Shown: positions 52,529 to 62,339, counted from the stretch's first letter. The stretch is 64,000 bases of DNA from Chloroflexota bacterium (GCA_016191875.1 JACPVG010000013.1:25715-89714), one strand, 5' to 3'. Notes: a model not told the origin generated them from the letters alone. Numbers and translations: made by a program.

Positions 52529-52600
52529 GGCGAGGTAGCTCAACGGCAGAGCAGTGGACTCATAAGCCATTGGTTGTGGGTTCAAGTCCCACCCTCGCCA
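52529..52600 (+). tRNA. tRNA with anticodon CAT (elongator Met or Ile2-lysidine type; not initiator), CCA not encoded
   Basis: GGCGAGG-TA-GCTC-AACGGCA-GAGC-A-GTGGA-CTCATAA-GCCAT-TGGTT-GTGGG-TTCAAGT-CCCAC-CCTCGCC-A. It lacks the three G-C pairs of an initiator anticodon stem. Confidence 0.85.
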
Positions 52601-52698
52601 CACTCACCTCCCACCTCCCATCTCCTAATCACGGCCTGCCAGCACTGGCAGGCTGTGATGATTTCACCCGGTTTCTTCCATAAATTGGGTGTCTGACA

Positions 52699-52704
52699 TA
52701 GAAT
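52699..52704 (+). promoter_or_regulatory. -10 box implying a leaderless glpD mRNA
   Basis: TAGAAT 52699-52704, 6 nt before ATG 52711. Confidence 0.45.
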
Positions 52705-52710
52705 CCGCGT

Positions 52711-54240
52711 ATGCGCTTCAACCGAAACGAGACCCTCGCCTGGCTGCGGGGACGGCCGGGCGTGCCCGTGCTCATCATCGGGGGCGGCATCAACGGGGCT
52801 GGGACGTTGCGCGACCTGGCGGTTGGCGGCGTCCCGGCGCTGCTGGCCGAACGGGGCGATTTCAGCGGCGGGGCCAGCGCGGCCAGCAGCCACATGCTGC
52901 ACGGCGGCATCCGCTATCTGGAGAACGGCGAGTTCCGGCTGGTGCGCGAGGCGGTACAGGAGCGCAACCGATTACTGCGCCTGGCCCCCGACGACGCCCA
53001 ACCGCTGCCGACCGTTATTCCAATCTTCACGACCTTCTCCGGGTTGTTGAACGCGCCGCTCAGGTTCCTGGGCCTGCGCCGCAGGCCGGCCGAACGCGGC
53101 GCGCTGGTCATCCGCATCGGGCTGGCGTTCTATGACGCTTTTGCCGGGCGGGACCGGGTAACGCCGCGCGGCCGCATGCTGGGGCGGGAGGAGGCCCTGC
53201 GCCGCTTCCCGCGCCTGAACGCGGACATCCGGGCGGCCGCCCTGTACTACGACGCGCTCATGCCCACCCCCGAGCGATTGTGCATGAAAGTCCTGCTGGA
53301 TGGGCTGGCAGCGCATCCGGAGGCGCGGGCTGTAAATTACCTGGAGGCGATCGGTGTGGAAGGACGCGCCGTGCGCCTGCGGGATGCCGAGACGGGGGAG
53401 GAGTTCATGGTTGAGCCGGGCTGCGTGGTGAACGCGGCTGGGCCGTGGATCGACCGGGCAAACGCCGCGCTGGGCCTGCATACGGCATACATCGGCGGGA
53501 CGAAGGGCTCACATATCGTCCTCGACCATCCCGGCCTGATGGCGGCCATCGACGGGCACGAATTCTTCTTCGAGAACGCGGATGGCCGCATCGTGCTCAT
53601 TTGCCCGCTGCACGACCGAACGCTGGTCGGCACATCGGACATCCGCATCGAAGACCCGGACGCGGCCCGCTGCACGCCGGAGGAAGAGGACTATTTCGTC
53701 GAGATGCTGGGGCGGGTGTTCCCGGAAATCGGCGGCGTACGCGAAGGCATCGTCTTCCGCTTTTCAGGGGTGCGGCCGCTGCCGCGCGCTTCCGGGCGGA
53801 CCGGGGAGATTCCCCGTGATCACAGCATCCAAGTAGATGATAGGCTACCGTTCCCGGTGTTCTCGCTGGTGGGCGGCAAATGGACAACGTTCCGGGCGTT
53901 CGGCGAACAGGCCGCGGATGCCGTGCTGGCGCGGCTGGGGTTGGCGCGCGCCGGCGACACATGTGCCAGACCCCTGCCGGGGGGCGGCCTAGGCGTTGTG
54001 CCGGATGACGACGAAATCCGGCGCATGTGTCGGGAAGAAGCGGTGGTGCATCTGGACGACCTGGCCCTGCGGCGCACGCTGCTGGGGATGCTGGGGCGGC
54101 TGGACGGGGAGCGCATGCAGTGGCTGGCGCGCGTGGCGGGCGCTGAACTGGGCTGGGACGCGCGCCGGCAGAATGACGAGATGGAACGCCTGGCAGGCAT
54201 CCTGCGCGAGCGGCACGGGGCGAACCTGCTGGGCGCCTGA
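52711..54240 (+). CDS. glpD: FAD-dependent glycerol-3-phosphate dehydrogenase/oxidase
   Basis: VLIIGGGINGAGTLRDLA (dinucleotide fold) and SSHMLHGGIRYLE. Confidence 0.85.
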   Translation: MRFNRNETLAWLRGRPGVPVLIIGGGINGAGTLRDLAVGGVPALLAERGDFSGGASAASSHMLHGGIRYLENGEFRLVREAVQERNRLLRLAPDDAQPLPTVIPIFTTFSGLLNAPLRFLGLRRRPAERGALVIRIGLAFYDAFAGRDRVTPRGRMLGREEALRRFPRLNADIRAAALYYDALMPTPERLCMKVLLDGLAAHPEARAVNYLEAIGVEGRAVRLRDAETGEEFMVEPGCVVNAAGPWIDRANAALGLHTAYIGGTKGSHIVLDHPGLMAAIDGHEFFFENADGRIVLICPLHDRTLVGTSDIRIEDPDAARCTPEEEDYFVEMLGRVFPEIGGVREGIVFRFSGVRPLPRASGRTGEIPRDHSIQVDDRLPFPVFSLVGGKWTTFRAFGEQAADAVLARLGLARAGDTCARPLPGGGLGVVPDDDEIRRMCREEAVVHLDDLALRRTLLGMLGRLDGERMQWLARVAGAELGWDARRQNDEMERLAGILRERHGANLLGA

Positions 54241-54333
54241 GGGCCATTTGTCCTTGCGATTGAGGGAATGTTGACCCTTTCGGTGGGATTTGGACTGCAC
54301 CTATACTTGGGTGTACCTCAAAAGGAGCAATCG

Positions 54334-56466
54334 ATGCACAAAGGGCTCAAGCCTTTTTTTGCGCCGCGCGGCGTGGCCGTGGTCGGCGCCTCCCAACATC
54401 CTCAGAAACTTGGCTATGGGCTGGCGCGCAACTTGCTGTTGAGCGATTATCAGGGCGCGATTCGCTACGTGAACCCCAAGGGGGGCGTGCTGTTCGGACA
54501 ACCCATTCACGCCCGCATCGAAGACGCGCCGGGTCCCGTGGACCTGGCCGTTCTGCTGGTGCCGGCCGAGGTCGTTGCTGGGGCGCTGGAGGAGTGCGGG
54601 CAGGCGGGCGTCCGGGCCGCCATCATCGCCTCGGGCGGATTCAGCGAAGTGGGCGCGGCCGGGCGTGCCCTGGAGCAGGAGTGCTTGGCGGTCGCCCGCA
54701 AGTGGGGCATGCGTGTGGTGGGGCCTAACTGCATCGGCATCCTGGATACGCATTTGCCTCTGGATACCACCTTCCTGCCGCCGCCCGGCCCTCCGGCGGG
54801 CAGCGTGGCATTCATCTCCCACAGCGGGGCGATCTGCGCGGCGGTTATCGACTGGGCGCGCGGTCAGGGCTTCGGCCTCTCGCGGCTGGTGAGTCTGGGC
54901 AACCAGATCGATGTGAATGAGACCGACGTGCTGGCGGCCGTGGCCGAGGACCGCCACACCCGGGTGGTCACGATGTACCTGGAGGGCGTGAGCGACGGGC
55001 GGCGGTTCGTGCAGGCAGCGGGCCGAGTGGCGCAGGAGAAGCCGGTGCTGGCGCTGAAAGTCGGGCGATACGCCAGCGGCCAGCAGGCCGTGGCCTCGCA
55101 CACCGGGGCGCTGGCCGGGCAGGAAAAGGCGTTTAACGCCGCTTTCCGGCGGGCGGGGGTCATTCGGGCCGACACCAGCGAAGAAATGTTCGATTGGGCG
55201 CGGGCGCTGGCCTGGAGCCCATTGCCGCGGGGCCGCCGGGTGGCGGTGCTGACCAACGCCGGCGGGCCGGGGGCGACGGCCGCCGACGCCCTGGAAGCCC
55301 ACCGGCTGACGCTTGCCCGGCTGGGACCGGAAACCCGGGCGGGGCTGCGCGCCCTGCTGCCGCCAGCTGCCAGTGTTCAAAATCCCGTGGACATGCTTGC
55401 TTCGGCCTCTCCCGAACATTACGCCCACAGCCTGGCATTGCTGCTGGACGACGCCGGCGTGGACGCTGTGATGGTCATCCTCCCGCCGCCGCCGATGTAC
55501 ACCGCCGCGGGGGTCGCCAATGCCATGATCCCCATCATCCAGACCGCCGCCAAGCCGGTGGTGGTGGCGCTGATGGGCGAACGCATGATCCAGGAGGCGA
55601 TGGAACGCCTGCGGGCCGCCCATATCCCTGAATACCGCTTCCCGGAGCGGGCGGCCTCTGCGCTGGCGGTGCTGGCTGACCGGGCGGAGAGCATCGGCCG
55701 AAGCCGCGCCAAACCGCGCGTCTATCCGGATGTCAACCGGCGGAGGGTCGCGGCCATTCTACGAAAGGCCGGCCCGGGCGCCAGTGGCTTTCTGAGCGAA
55801 CGGGACGCGGCCGCCATCCTGGCAGCCTATGGCCTGCCCACGCTGCCCACGTACTGCGCTGCCAACCCGGCGGCGGCCGCGGCGGCGGCTGAAAAGGCGG
55901 GGTTCCCGGTGGCGCTGAAGATCGATTCGCCAGACATCCCGCACAAATCGGATGTGGGCGGCGTGGTCCTCAACCTGACGAACGCGGCGGCGGTGGCGCG
56001 CGAGGTGGCGGCCATGCTGGCGCGCGTGCAGGTCGCCCGACCGGAGGCCCTGCTGAACGGGGTGCAGGTGCAGCGCATGGCGGCTGACGGGCAGGAGGTC
56101 ATCCTGGGCGCGGTGCAGGATGACCAGTTTGGGGCGCTGCTGATGTTCGGTTCCGGCGGGGTGGAGGTGGAGGGTCTGGAGGATGTTGCCTTTGCGCTGG
56201 CCCCCGCCACCGAAGAAGAGATTCGGTATCTGCTCGACAGCACCTGGGCCGGGCGCAAACTGGCCGGGTTCCGCAGCCTGCCGCCTGCCGACCGGGCGGC
56301 GGCCGAAGAGGCACTGGGGCGGCTGGGCCAGCTGGCGGGGGATTTCCCGGTGCTGCAGGAGATCGAAATCAACCCGCTGCGCGTCCTGCCGGCGGGGCAG
56401 GGGGCGCTGGCTGTAGATGCACGTATTCGCCTCATCCATCCATATAGTGAAATAAATCACAAATAG
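54334..56466 (+). CDS. ADP-forming acetyl-CoA synthetase family protein (fused CoA-binding/ligase and ATP-grasp domains)
   Basis: Start at ATG 54334 after an AAGGAG. Motifs: VAVVGASQHPQKLGY, IIASGGFSE, SHSGA and a C-terminal ATP-grasp (VALKIDSPDIPHKSDVGGV). Confidence 0.85.
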   Translation: MHKGLKPFFAPRGVAVVGASQHPQKLGYGLARNLLLSDYQGAIRYVNPKGGVLFGQPIHARIEDAPGPVDLAVLLVPAEVVAGALEECGQAGVRAAIIASGGFSEVGAAGRALEQECLAVARKWGMRVVGPNCIGILDTHLPLDTTFLPPPGPPAGSVAFISHSGAICAAVIDWARGQGFGLSRLVSLGNQIDVNETDVLAAVAEDRHTRVVTMYLEGVSDGRRFVQAAGRVAQEKPVLALKVGRYASGQQAVASHTGALAGQEKAFNAAFRRAGVIRADTSEEMFDWARALAWSPLPRGRRVAVLTNAGGPGATAADALEAHRLTLARLGPETRAGLRALLPPAASVQNPVDMLASASPEHYAHSLALLLDDAGVDAVMVILPPPPMYTAAGVANAMIPIIQTAAKPVVVALMGERMIQEAMERLRAAHIPEYRFPERAASALAVLADRAESIGRSRAKPRVYPDVNRRRVAAILRKAGPGASGFLSERDAAAILAAYGLPTLPTYCAANPAAAAAAAEKAGFPVALKIDSPDIPHKSDVGGVVLNLTNAAAVAREVAAMLARVQVARPEALLNGVQVQRMAADGQEVILGAVQDDQFGALLMFGSGGVEVEGLEDVAFALAPATEEEIRYLLDSTWAGRKLAGFRSLPPADRAAAEEALGRLGQLAGDFPVLQEIEINPLRVLPAGQGALAVDARIRLIHPYSEINHK

Positions 56467-56550
56467 GGACGTTTGCCCCGGGAGAAAGGGTGGGAATCAC
56501 CTTTGACCATTCGGGGAGCGCCGGGGATAATACCTGTGCAAGGAGCCTGT

Positions 56551-57432
56551 ATGGAAAACGCAAACCTGGTAACCGTCAACCTGGACGCCCTGCTGCCGCA
56601 GGAAATGGCGCTGAAGGCCGAGGCCATCGGCGTGGCGAAAGCCACAATGGGCTACCGCCGCCTGCTGGCGCTGGGCATCCTGGCGGGGGCCTTCATCGCT
56701 CTGGGGGCGGTCTTCGCCACCACGGTGGCGGCGGGCAGCGACGGATTGGCCTACGGCGTGGGACGCCTGCTCGTCGGTCTGTCGTTCTGCCTGGGGCTGA
56801 TTCTGGTGGTGGTGGGCGGGGCTGAACTGTTCACCGGCAATAACCTGATCGTGATGGCCTGGGCCAGCCGGCGCATCAGTACCCGCCTGTTGCTGCGCAA
56901 CTGGATGTGGGTCTATCTGGGGAACTTCATTGGCTCGCTGGGGACCGCTCTGCTGGTATTCCTGGGCGGCCAGTACACGTTTGGCGGCGGCGCAGTGGGG
57001 GCAACCGCGTTGAATATCGCCCGCGCCAAGGTCGGGCTGGGGTTCGTGGAGGCGCTCATGCTGGGCATCCTGTGCAACGCCCTGGTGTGTCTGGCGGTCT
57101 GGCTGACGATGAGCGCCCGTACGACCACGGACAAGATCCTCTCGGTGCTGTTTCCCATCACAGCCTTTGTAGCGGCCGGATTCGAGCACTCGGTCGCGAA
57201 CATGTATTTCATTCCCATCGGCATCCTCATCCGGCGCTACGCCCCGGCGGCGTTCTGGGGCGCGGCGGGCGTCAACCCGGCGGATTATGGGGCGCTGACC
57301 TGGGGGGCGTTCCTGCTGGATAACCTGCTGCCGGTCACCATCGGCAACATCATCGGCGGGACGGCGCTGGTGGGGGCGGTGTATTGGGCGGTCTACCTGC
57401 GCAAACGGCCGAAACAAAGCCCCCCTTCCTGA
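56551..57432 (+). CDS. Formate/nitrite transporter family (FocA/NirC)
   Basis: Start at ATG 56551 after an AGGAG. Motifs: GGAELFTGNNL and FEHSVANMYF. Confidence 0.9.
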   Translation: MENANLVTVNLDALLPQEMALKAEAIGVAKATMGYRRLLALGILAGAFIALGAVFATTVAAGSDGLAYGVGRLLVGLSFCLGLILVVVGGAELFTGNNLIVMAWASRRISTRLLLRNWMWVYLGNFIGSLGTALLVFLGGQYTFGGGAVGATALNIARAKVGLGFVEALMLGILCNALVCLAVWLTMSARTTTDKILSVLFPITAFVAAGFEHSVANMYFIPIGILIRRYAPAAFWGAAGVNPADYGALTWGAFLLDNLLPVTIGNIIGGTALVGAVYWAVYLRKRPKQSPPS

Positions 57433-57475
57433 ACAGATAGTTCGCGCACAGACGGTCTGAGAATGGACGACTGCG

Positions 57476-57504
57476 GGTAACCCCTCCGTCAGGCAGGGGT
57501 TACC
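57476..57504. terminator. Hairpin between convergent genes, overlapping the CBM48 gene stop
   Basis: ggtaacccct 57476-57485 / aggggttacc 57495-57504. Confidence 0.5.
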
Positions 57505-57806
57505 GTAACGACACAGTTGTCCTCGCCGTGTTCGTTGAGGGCGTAGGCCTCGGCGTGCCAGTCGTTGAGCCACTGGCGGCCGTTGAGCAGATAGCGGTAG
57601 TGGTAAATGCCCGGCTCCTTGACCTCCACGCTGGCTTTGTAGACACCCTTCTTCAGCCAGGTGAACGGCGTAGCCTCCGGGTTCCAGTCGTTGAAACTCC
57701 CGGCTATTCCCAGCGAGCTCACCTCGCCCTCCGGCAGTTCGGCGGGGGGGACTTCAAACGTGAGGCGGTAGACCTTGCGGGCTTTTATGTACGATTGCGT
57801 GACCAT
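57489..57806 (-). CDS. CBM48 / AMPK-beta glycogen-binding-domain-like protein
   Basis: Start at ATG 57806 after an AAGGAG. Sequence: VSSLGIAGSFNDWNP...GIYHYRYLLNGRQWLNDW. Confidence 0.75.
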   Translation of the reverse strand: MVTQSYIKARKVYRLTFEVPPAELPEGEVSSLGIAGSFNDWNPEATPFTWLKKGVYKASVEVKEPGIYHYRYLLNGRQWLNDWHAEAYALNEHGEDNCVVTVTPA

Positions 57807-57891
57807 GTGGGTTCTCCTTTCACGCCTGGGCGCATTTGTCCAGACAACTCTACCATGACTCTGCGCTTTCCCCCGACACGATAACAATTCC

Positions 57892-58350
57892 TTAACTCGC
57901 TTCGGGCGGCTCGATCTCGATCATCCCGGCCAGGCCGGTCTCCAGCGCCAATTCCGCCGCGCCGATCTGCACCACGGTGACAGGTTTCTGCTGCAGGACG
58001 GTCACCGTGCGGCCGGGGGCCAGGCCGTGGGCGTGCAGGAGTTCACGCCGCGCCGAGGACAGTTCAGGATGGAAAGCGCGTATACACGCGGGCTGGTTGG
58101 GCTGGCAGTCCGCCAGGGTACAGAAGGGCGCGAGCTCACAGGCGGCGGGGGGTGGGGCGGGCCCGTCGCCGCGCTCGAACCAGCGCGCCGCCCAGCGCGC
58201 CAGGCGCGAGCCGGCCGGGTCGGGCTGCTGGTAGCCGCAGTTGGGGCAGCACACCAGGCGGCAATCCGAGGCCAGCGGGCAGGCGGCGCAGGCCGAAGGG
58301 TCGCCGGCCTGAAACTCAACGCCGCACAACGGGCAGGTAAGCGTGTTCAT
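57892..58350 (-). CDS. feoA: FeoA-domain protein with an N-terminal Cys-rich zinc-ribbon-like segment
   Basis: Start at ATG 58350 (MNTLTCPLCGVEF...CAACPLASDC..CCPNCGY). The C-terminus is LHAHGLAPGRTVTVLQQKPVTVVQIGAAELALE (FeoA SH3-like). The upstream part of the 468-aa track ORF is shadow of feoB. Confidence 0.75.
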   Translation of the reverse strand: MNTLTCPLCGVEFQAGDPSACAACPLASDCRLVCCPNCGYQQPDPAGSRLARWAARWFERGDGPAPPPAACELAPFCTLADCQPNQPACIRAFHPELSSARRELLHAHGLAPGRTVTVLQQKPVTVVQIGAAELALETGLAGMIEIEPPEAS

Positions 58351-58355
58351 TCTGT

Positions 58356-60314
58356 TCACGCTCCAAACCCGATGAACGCAAGCAGGCGCTGGAGCATTCC
58401 GCCCACCAGGAAGGCCAATGGAAAGATCAGGACGAACATCCCCAGGGCGACGCGCCAGCCGTGTTCGCGGGCGATGACCAGCACGCTGGCGATGCAGGGG
58501 ATGAAGAGCGTGATGGTGACCATCGCCACGACGGTCTGGGCCGGGCTGAGCAGGCCGGCGGCGCTGAGGATAAAGAAGCCGGCGGCCCCGAAATCGCGGC
58601 GCAGAAAGCCGAGGACGAAGGCCGGGGCGGCGGCGGCCGGGAGGCCCAGCCAGCCGACGGTGAGCGGCTCGGCCAGCCGCACCAGCCCGGCCAGCGCGCC
58701 GCTGCGGTCGAGCAGGAACATGAGCAGCGCGCCCAGGAGGAACATCGGGACGACCTCGCGCAGGTACCATTCCAGGCGCGCCAGGGTCTTGACGACGATG
58801 TTGGCGAGCAGCGGCCAGCGCAAAGGGGGCAGTTCCAGCACCAGCGGCTGGCGTTCGCCGGGGGCCAGCCGGGCGGCCAGCGCGCCGACCGCAAACAGCA
58901 CCATCAGCACCACGCCGGCCCACAGCGCGGCGGCGGCGGGGGAGACGCTCGCCAGCAGCCCCATGACCACGCCCAGCTGGGCGGAGCACGGCACAGCCAG
59001 CGCCAGCAGCAGGGTTACCAGGAAACGCTCGCGGCGGGTCTCCAGCGTGCGGGTGGTGAGGGTCGCCATGGTCACGCACCCCAGGCCGAGCACCATTGGC
59101 AGGATGGCCCGGCCGTTGAGGCCGAGGGCGCGGAACCAGCGGTTGCTTAAGGCGGCCAGGCGCGGCAGGTAACCGGAATCTTCCAGCAGGCCGAACGCCA
59201 GGAAGAACGTGGTGACGATGGGCAGGATGAGCGCGGCGGCATACGTGACGCCCAGCGTCCACAGGCCATATTCGCCCACCAGCAGGTCTGCCAGCCATTC
59301 GAGCGGTATGGTGCGACGCACGAAGGCCGTGAGAGCCGGGTTAATGACCTCGCCAAACAGGTTCGTTTCGAGCAGGCCAACCAGCCACTGCGCCCCGACC
59401 ACGCCGACGAACCAGAACAAGGCCACCAGCACGGCCAGCAGGATGGGCAGTCCCCAGAACGGATGTATCGTCCATTGGGCGAGGCGGGAGCGGAAAGGCG
59501 GGCGCGTGGCGGCTGGACCATGTACCTGTGCGGCCAAAACCTCGGCGGCCTGCCAGCGGGCTGCCTGCACTGCTTCCGCCAGCGGCTGCGGCAGGAGGGC
59601 GGCCTGGGCGCGGCGGCGGATGGAGTTCAGGTTTTCCAACGCTTCAGGCGCGCGGCGGCGGGAAAGCCAGCCTTCGACCTCCGAATCGCCGCAGAGGTAG
59701 AGCAGCGCAAGGCCACGCTTGGATGTCTGGCCGGAGGGAAGCAGGGGAATCATTTCGGCAAGGGCGCTTTCAATGGCCGGCGGATAGGGCAGACGGCGGC
59801 TGGACGGGCAGGCCTGTGGGAGAGCCGCGCCCAGCTGCGCCAGACCCTGGCCGTGCACCGCGGCGGTCAGGATGACCGGAACCCCGAGCAGACCAGCCAG
59901 CCCTTCCGAATCGATTCCCGGGCCGGCTTCATCGACCATATTGAGGGCCAGGACGAGCGGCAGGCCGAGTTCGGCCAACTGCAGGGTGAGGTTGAGCGTC
60001 TTGGGCAGATTCTTGGCATCCCCCACCTGCACGACGGCATCCAGGGGTTCATCCAGCAGGACGCGGGCGGTGATGCGCTCGTCTTCGCTTCTGGCAGGCA
60101 GGGTGACCACGCCGGGCGTGTCCACCAGCGCCACGCCGGGCGTGGCGAGCAGGCGGCCGCGCGCCAGCGCCACAGTAGTGCCGGGATAATTGGCGACGAT
60201 GACACGCTGGCCGGTCAGCTTCTGGAACAAAGCGGACTTACCGACGTTGGAATGGCCGACCAGGGCTATCAGCCCGCCGCCCAGGGCGGCGTTGGCGGGG
60301 GTGTGGCAGGTCAT
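58356..60314 (-). CDS. feoB: Ferrous iron transporter FeoB
   Basis: G-domain motifs GHSNVGKSALF and DTPG, with a polytopic C-terminal permease. Confidence 0.95.
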   Translation of the reverse strand: MTCHTPANAALGGGLIALVGHSNVGKSALFQKLTGQRVIVANYPGTTVALARGRLLATPGVALVDTPGVVTLPARSEDERITARVLLDEPLDAVVQVGDAKNLPKTLNLTLQLAELGLPLVLALNMVDEAGPGIDSEGLAGLLGVPVILTAAVHGQGLAQLGAALPQACPSSRRLPYPPAIESALAEMIPLLPSGQTSKRGLALLYLCGDSEVEGWLSRRRAPEALENLNSIRRRAQAALLPQPLAEAVQAARWQAAEVLAAQVHGPAATRPPFRSRLAQWTIHPFWGLPILLAVLVALFWFVGVVGAQWLVGLLETNLFGEVINPALTAFVRRTIPLEWLADLLVGEYGLWTLGVTYAAALILPIVTTFFLAFGLLEDSGYLPRLAALSNRWFRALGLNGRAILPMVLGLGCVTMATLTTRTLETRRERFLVTLLLALAVPCSAQLGVVMGLLASVSPAAAALWAGVVLMVLFAVGALAARLAPGERQPLVLELPPLRWPLLANIVVKTLARLEWYLREVVPMFLLGALLMFLLDRSGALAGLVRLAEPLTVGWLGLPAAAAPAFVLGFLRRDFGAAGFFILSAAGLLSPAQTVVAMVTITLFIPCIASVLVIAREHGWRVALGMFVLIFPLAFLVGGMLQRLLAFIGFGA

Positions 60315-60994
60315 GCGGGTGTCTCCTTGAGGACGGCGCGAAGTTCGGCCGCGAGCACCGGGGCGATCTCCAGTCGGCCGGATTCAGTTTGCAGGAGCAG
60401 GCCCGCCCCGCCCCGGGCCAGGATTTCGACCGGCGCGCCGGGCTTGAGGCCGAGGCGGCTCAGGAAATCGTCTTCGGATGCGGCGCCTTCTCCGGGGGCG
60501 AGGATGAGTGGGATGCCCAGGGGAAGACCGGTCAGCGGCTCCCCGACAGTGGGAGGGGCAGCGCGGCCACGCGGCGGAATGGGGCGGCCCAACGGGTCGG
60601 CGGCGGGCTGGCCGAGATGGTCATACAGACGGTTGATGATGGCGGCGGGGGTGATGTGTTCGAGGCGGCAGGCGAAGGCGTCGGCCGCGTCCACGCCCAG
60701 ACCGAGTTCGTTCACCAGGAAGGCCAGCCACACCCGGCGGCGGCGCAGGACGCGCCCGGCCGCCTCGCGGCCCCTGGGCAGCAGAGAGACGCCTTTGTAG
60801 GGTTCATAATCCAGGTAGCCGCCGGTTTGCAGTTTGCGTATCATCTGATTGGCGGAGACGGGCTGAACCGCCAGCGCTTCGGCCACCTCGGCCACTGGAA
60901 TCAGGTCGCGGCCGCCGGCCCGCCCGGCCTGCAGGATGGTGAGGATATACATCTCCTCGCTTTCGCTCAGGGAATCGGTGTTTGGGTTGGACAT
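60311..60994 (-). CDS. DtxR/IdeR-family metal-dependent regulator with a C-terminal SH3/FeoA-like domain
   Basis: SESEEMYILTILQ...VAEVAEALAVQPVSANQMIRKLQTGGYLDYEPYKG..LLPRG. The C-terminus is LGLKPGAPVEILARG. It has an ATGA overlap with feoB, and an alternative start at 61027. Confidence 0.8.
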   Translation of the reverse strand: MSNPNTDSLSESEEMYILTILQAGRAGGRDLIPVAEVAEALAVQPVSANQMIRKLQTGGYLDYEPYKGVSLLPRGREAAGRVLRRRRVWLAFLVNELGLGVDAADAFACRLEHITPAAIINRLYDHLGQPAADPLGRPIPPRGRAAPPTVGEPLTGLPLGIPLILAPGEGAASEDDFLSRLGLKPGAPVEILARGGAGLLLQTESGRLEIAPVLAAELRAVLKETPA

Positions 60995-61061
60995 AGGATT
61001 GGCGCCCGAAATGTTTCGGCGCGCCATAAGAATATCCCCGGAGTGCTTGTACCGTAATGAA

Positions 61062-61090
61062 CAAACGTCCCGCGTGGGACGGGACGTTTG
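61062..61090 (-). terminator. Intrinsic terminator after the amidohydrolase gene
   Basis: caaacgtcccg 61062-61072 / cgggacgtttg 61080-61090. A T-rich run follows on the minus strand. Confidence 0.6.
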
Positions 61091-61118
61091 ACCAGCTTTC
61101 ACAAGGATACGCAGGGCT

Positions 61119-62339
61119 TCAGGCCAAGTCCGGCACGGCCAGTTGACGGCCGCGGCTGACGACGTGGGCCGGGACGGGGTGCGCCCGCAGGGCTTCGAAG
61201 ACATCGGGCGCGTCCAGCACGACGAGGTCGGCGGGCGCGCCGGTTTTCAGGCGATGGTCGGGCAGACCGATGGCGCGGGCGGCTTTGGTTGTGACCATGT
61301 CGTAGAGGATATCCATCTCGGCCCGTGTCGTCATCCACAACAGGTGCGAGGCGAGAAAGGCCACCTCCAGCATGTTGTTCTGTCCGTAGGGGTAATAGGC
61401 GTCGGAGATGTCGTCCTGCCCCAGGCATACGCCAACGCCTTCTTCGAGCAGTTCGCGCACGCGGGCGTGCAGCGGGCCGGTATGCGGGTCGGTGACGATG
61501 TACATGTCCGCTTGTTTTAGCAGGGCGATGAGTTTCTGGAGGGTGGGTTTGGGATAGAGCGCCATGGCGCGGGCATGGTGGGCGAGGGCGCGCCCCTGCC
61601 AGCCCTGCTTGATGGCCCGCACGGCCATCATCTCGGTGGTGCGCAGGGTGGCATCGCCAGCGTCGTCCACCAGCATGGAGACCGGTTTGTCGAACTCGGC
61701 GGCGATGTCGAACATGGCATCCACATGCGCCTGTGCATCGGCATCGGTGTACTCGATCCACGGGATGCCGCCGACCACGTCCGCGCCCAGTTTCATCGCT
61801 TCACGCACCAGGCCGGCTGCGCCGGGTTCGCGGGCCACGCCGTCCTGCGGGAAAGCCACGATCTGCAAATTGACGATATCCCTGAACTCTTCTTTGACCG
61901 CCAGCAGGGCCTCAACGCCGATGAGTTTGGCTTTACTGTCGACGTCGGCGAAGGCGCGGATGTGCAACACGCCGTGACGGGCGGCCAGCCATACCGCCCG
62001 GCGGACGTTGGGCAGAATCCAGTCGAGGGCGTATTCATCTTTGACGCGGGCGGCCAACTCGATGGCGTTCATGGCCTTGCCCATGCCGCCGCCGTGATAA
62101 TCCCGCATGGCGAGTTCATCCATGCGCGCCAGAGTGTAGACCTTATCCAGATGCAGGTGGGGGTTGACGAACGATTCGGTCACCAGGCCGCCGCGGGCGT
62201 CAATCTCGGCCCCTGCCTCGCCGGTCAATCCGGGTTGGATGGCGGCGATGCGACCCTCGGCGATGGCGATGTCGGCCAGGTCGCCCGGCGGATTGGCGCG
62301 CAGTTGGGCCCTGCGAATCAGGAGGTCGAACGTGGTCAT
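61119..62339 (-). CDS. Amidohydrolase superfamily, cytosine deaminase/AtzC-like
   Basis: ESFVNPHLHLDK (HxH metal site), with subsequent His/Asp ligands in the expected order. Confidence 0.8.
   Translation of the reverse strand: MTTFDLLIRRAQLRANPPGDLADIAIAEGRIAAIQPGLTGEAGAEIDARGGLVTESFVNPHLHLDKVYTLARMDELAMRDYHGGGMGKAMNAIELAARVKDEYALDWILPNVRRAVWLAARHGVLHIRAFADVDSKAKLIGVEALLAVKEEFRDIVNLQIVAFPQDGVAREPGAAGLVREAMKLGADVVGGIPWIEYTDADAQAHVDAMFDIAAEFDKPVSMLVDDAGDATLRTTEMMAVRAIKQGWQGRALAHHARAMALYPKPTLQKLIALLKQADMYIVTDPHTGPLHARVRELLEEGVGVCLGQDDISDAYYPYGQNNMLEVAFLASHLLWMTTRAEMDILYDMVTTKAARAIGLPDHRLKTGAPADLVVLDAPDVFEALRAHPVPAHVVSRGRQLAVPDLA

Noticed and set aside
57892-59298. 468-aa minus-strand ORF suggesting a large protein.
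   Set aside because: Only the last 152 codons (from ATG 58350) encode a recognisable FeoA-type protein. The upstream part overlaps feoB out of frame and is Pro/Arg/Gly-rich shadow sequence.
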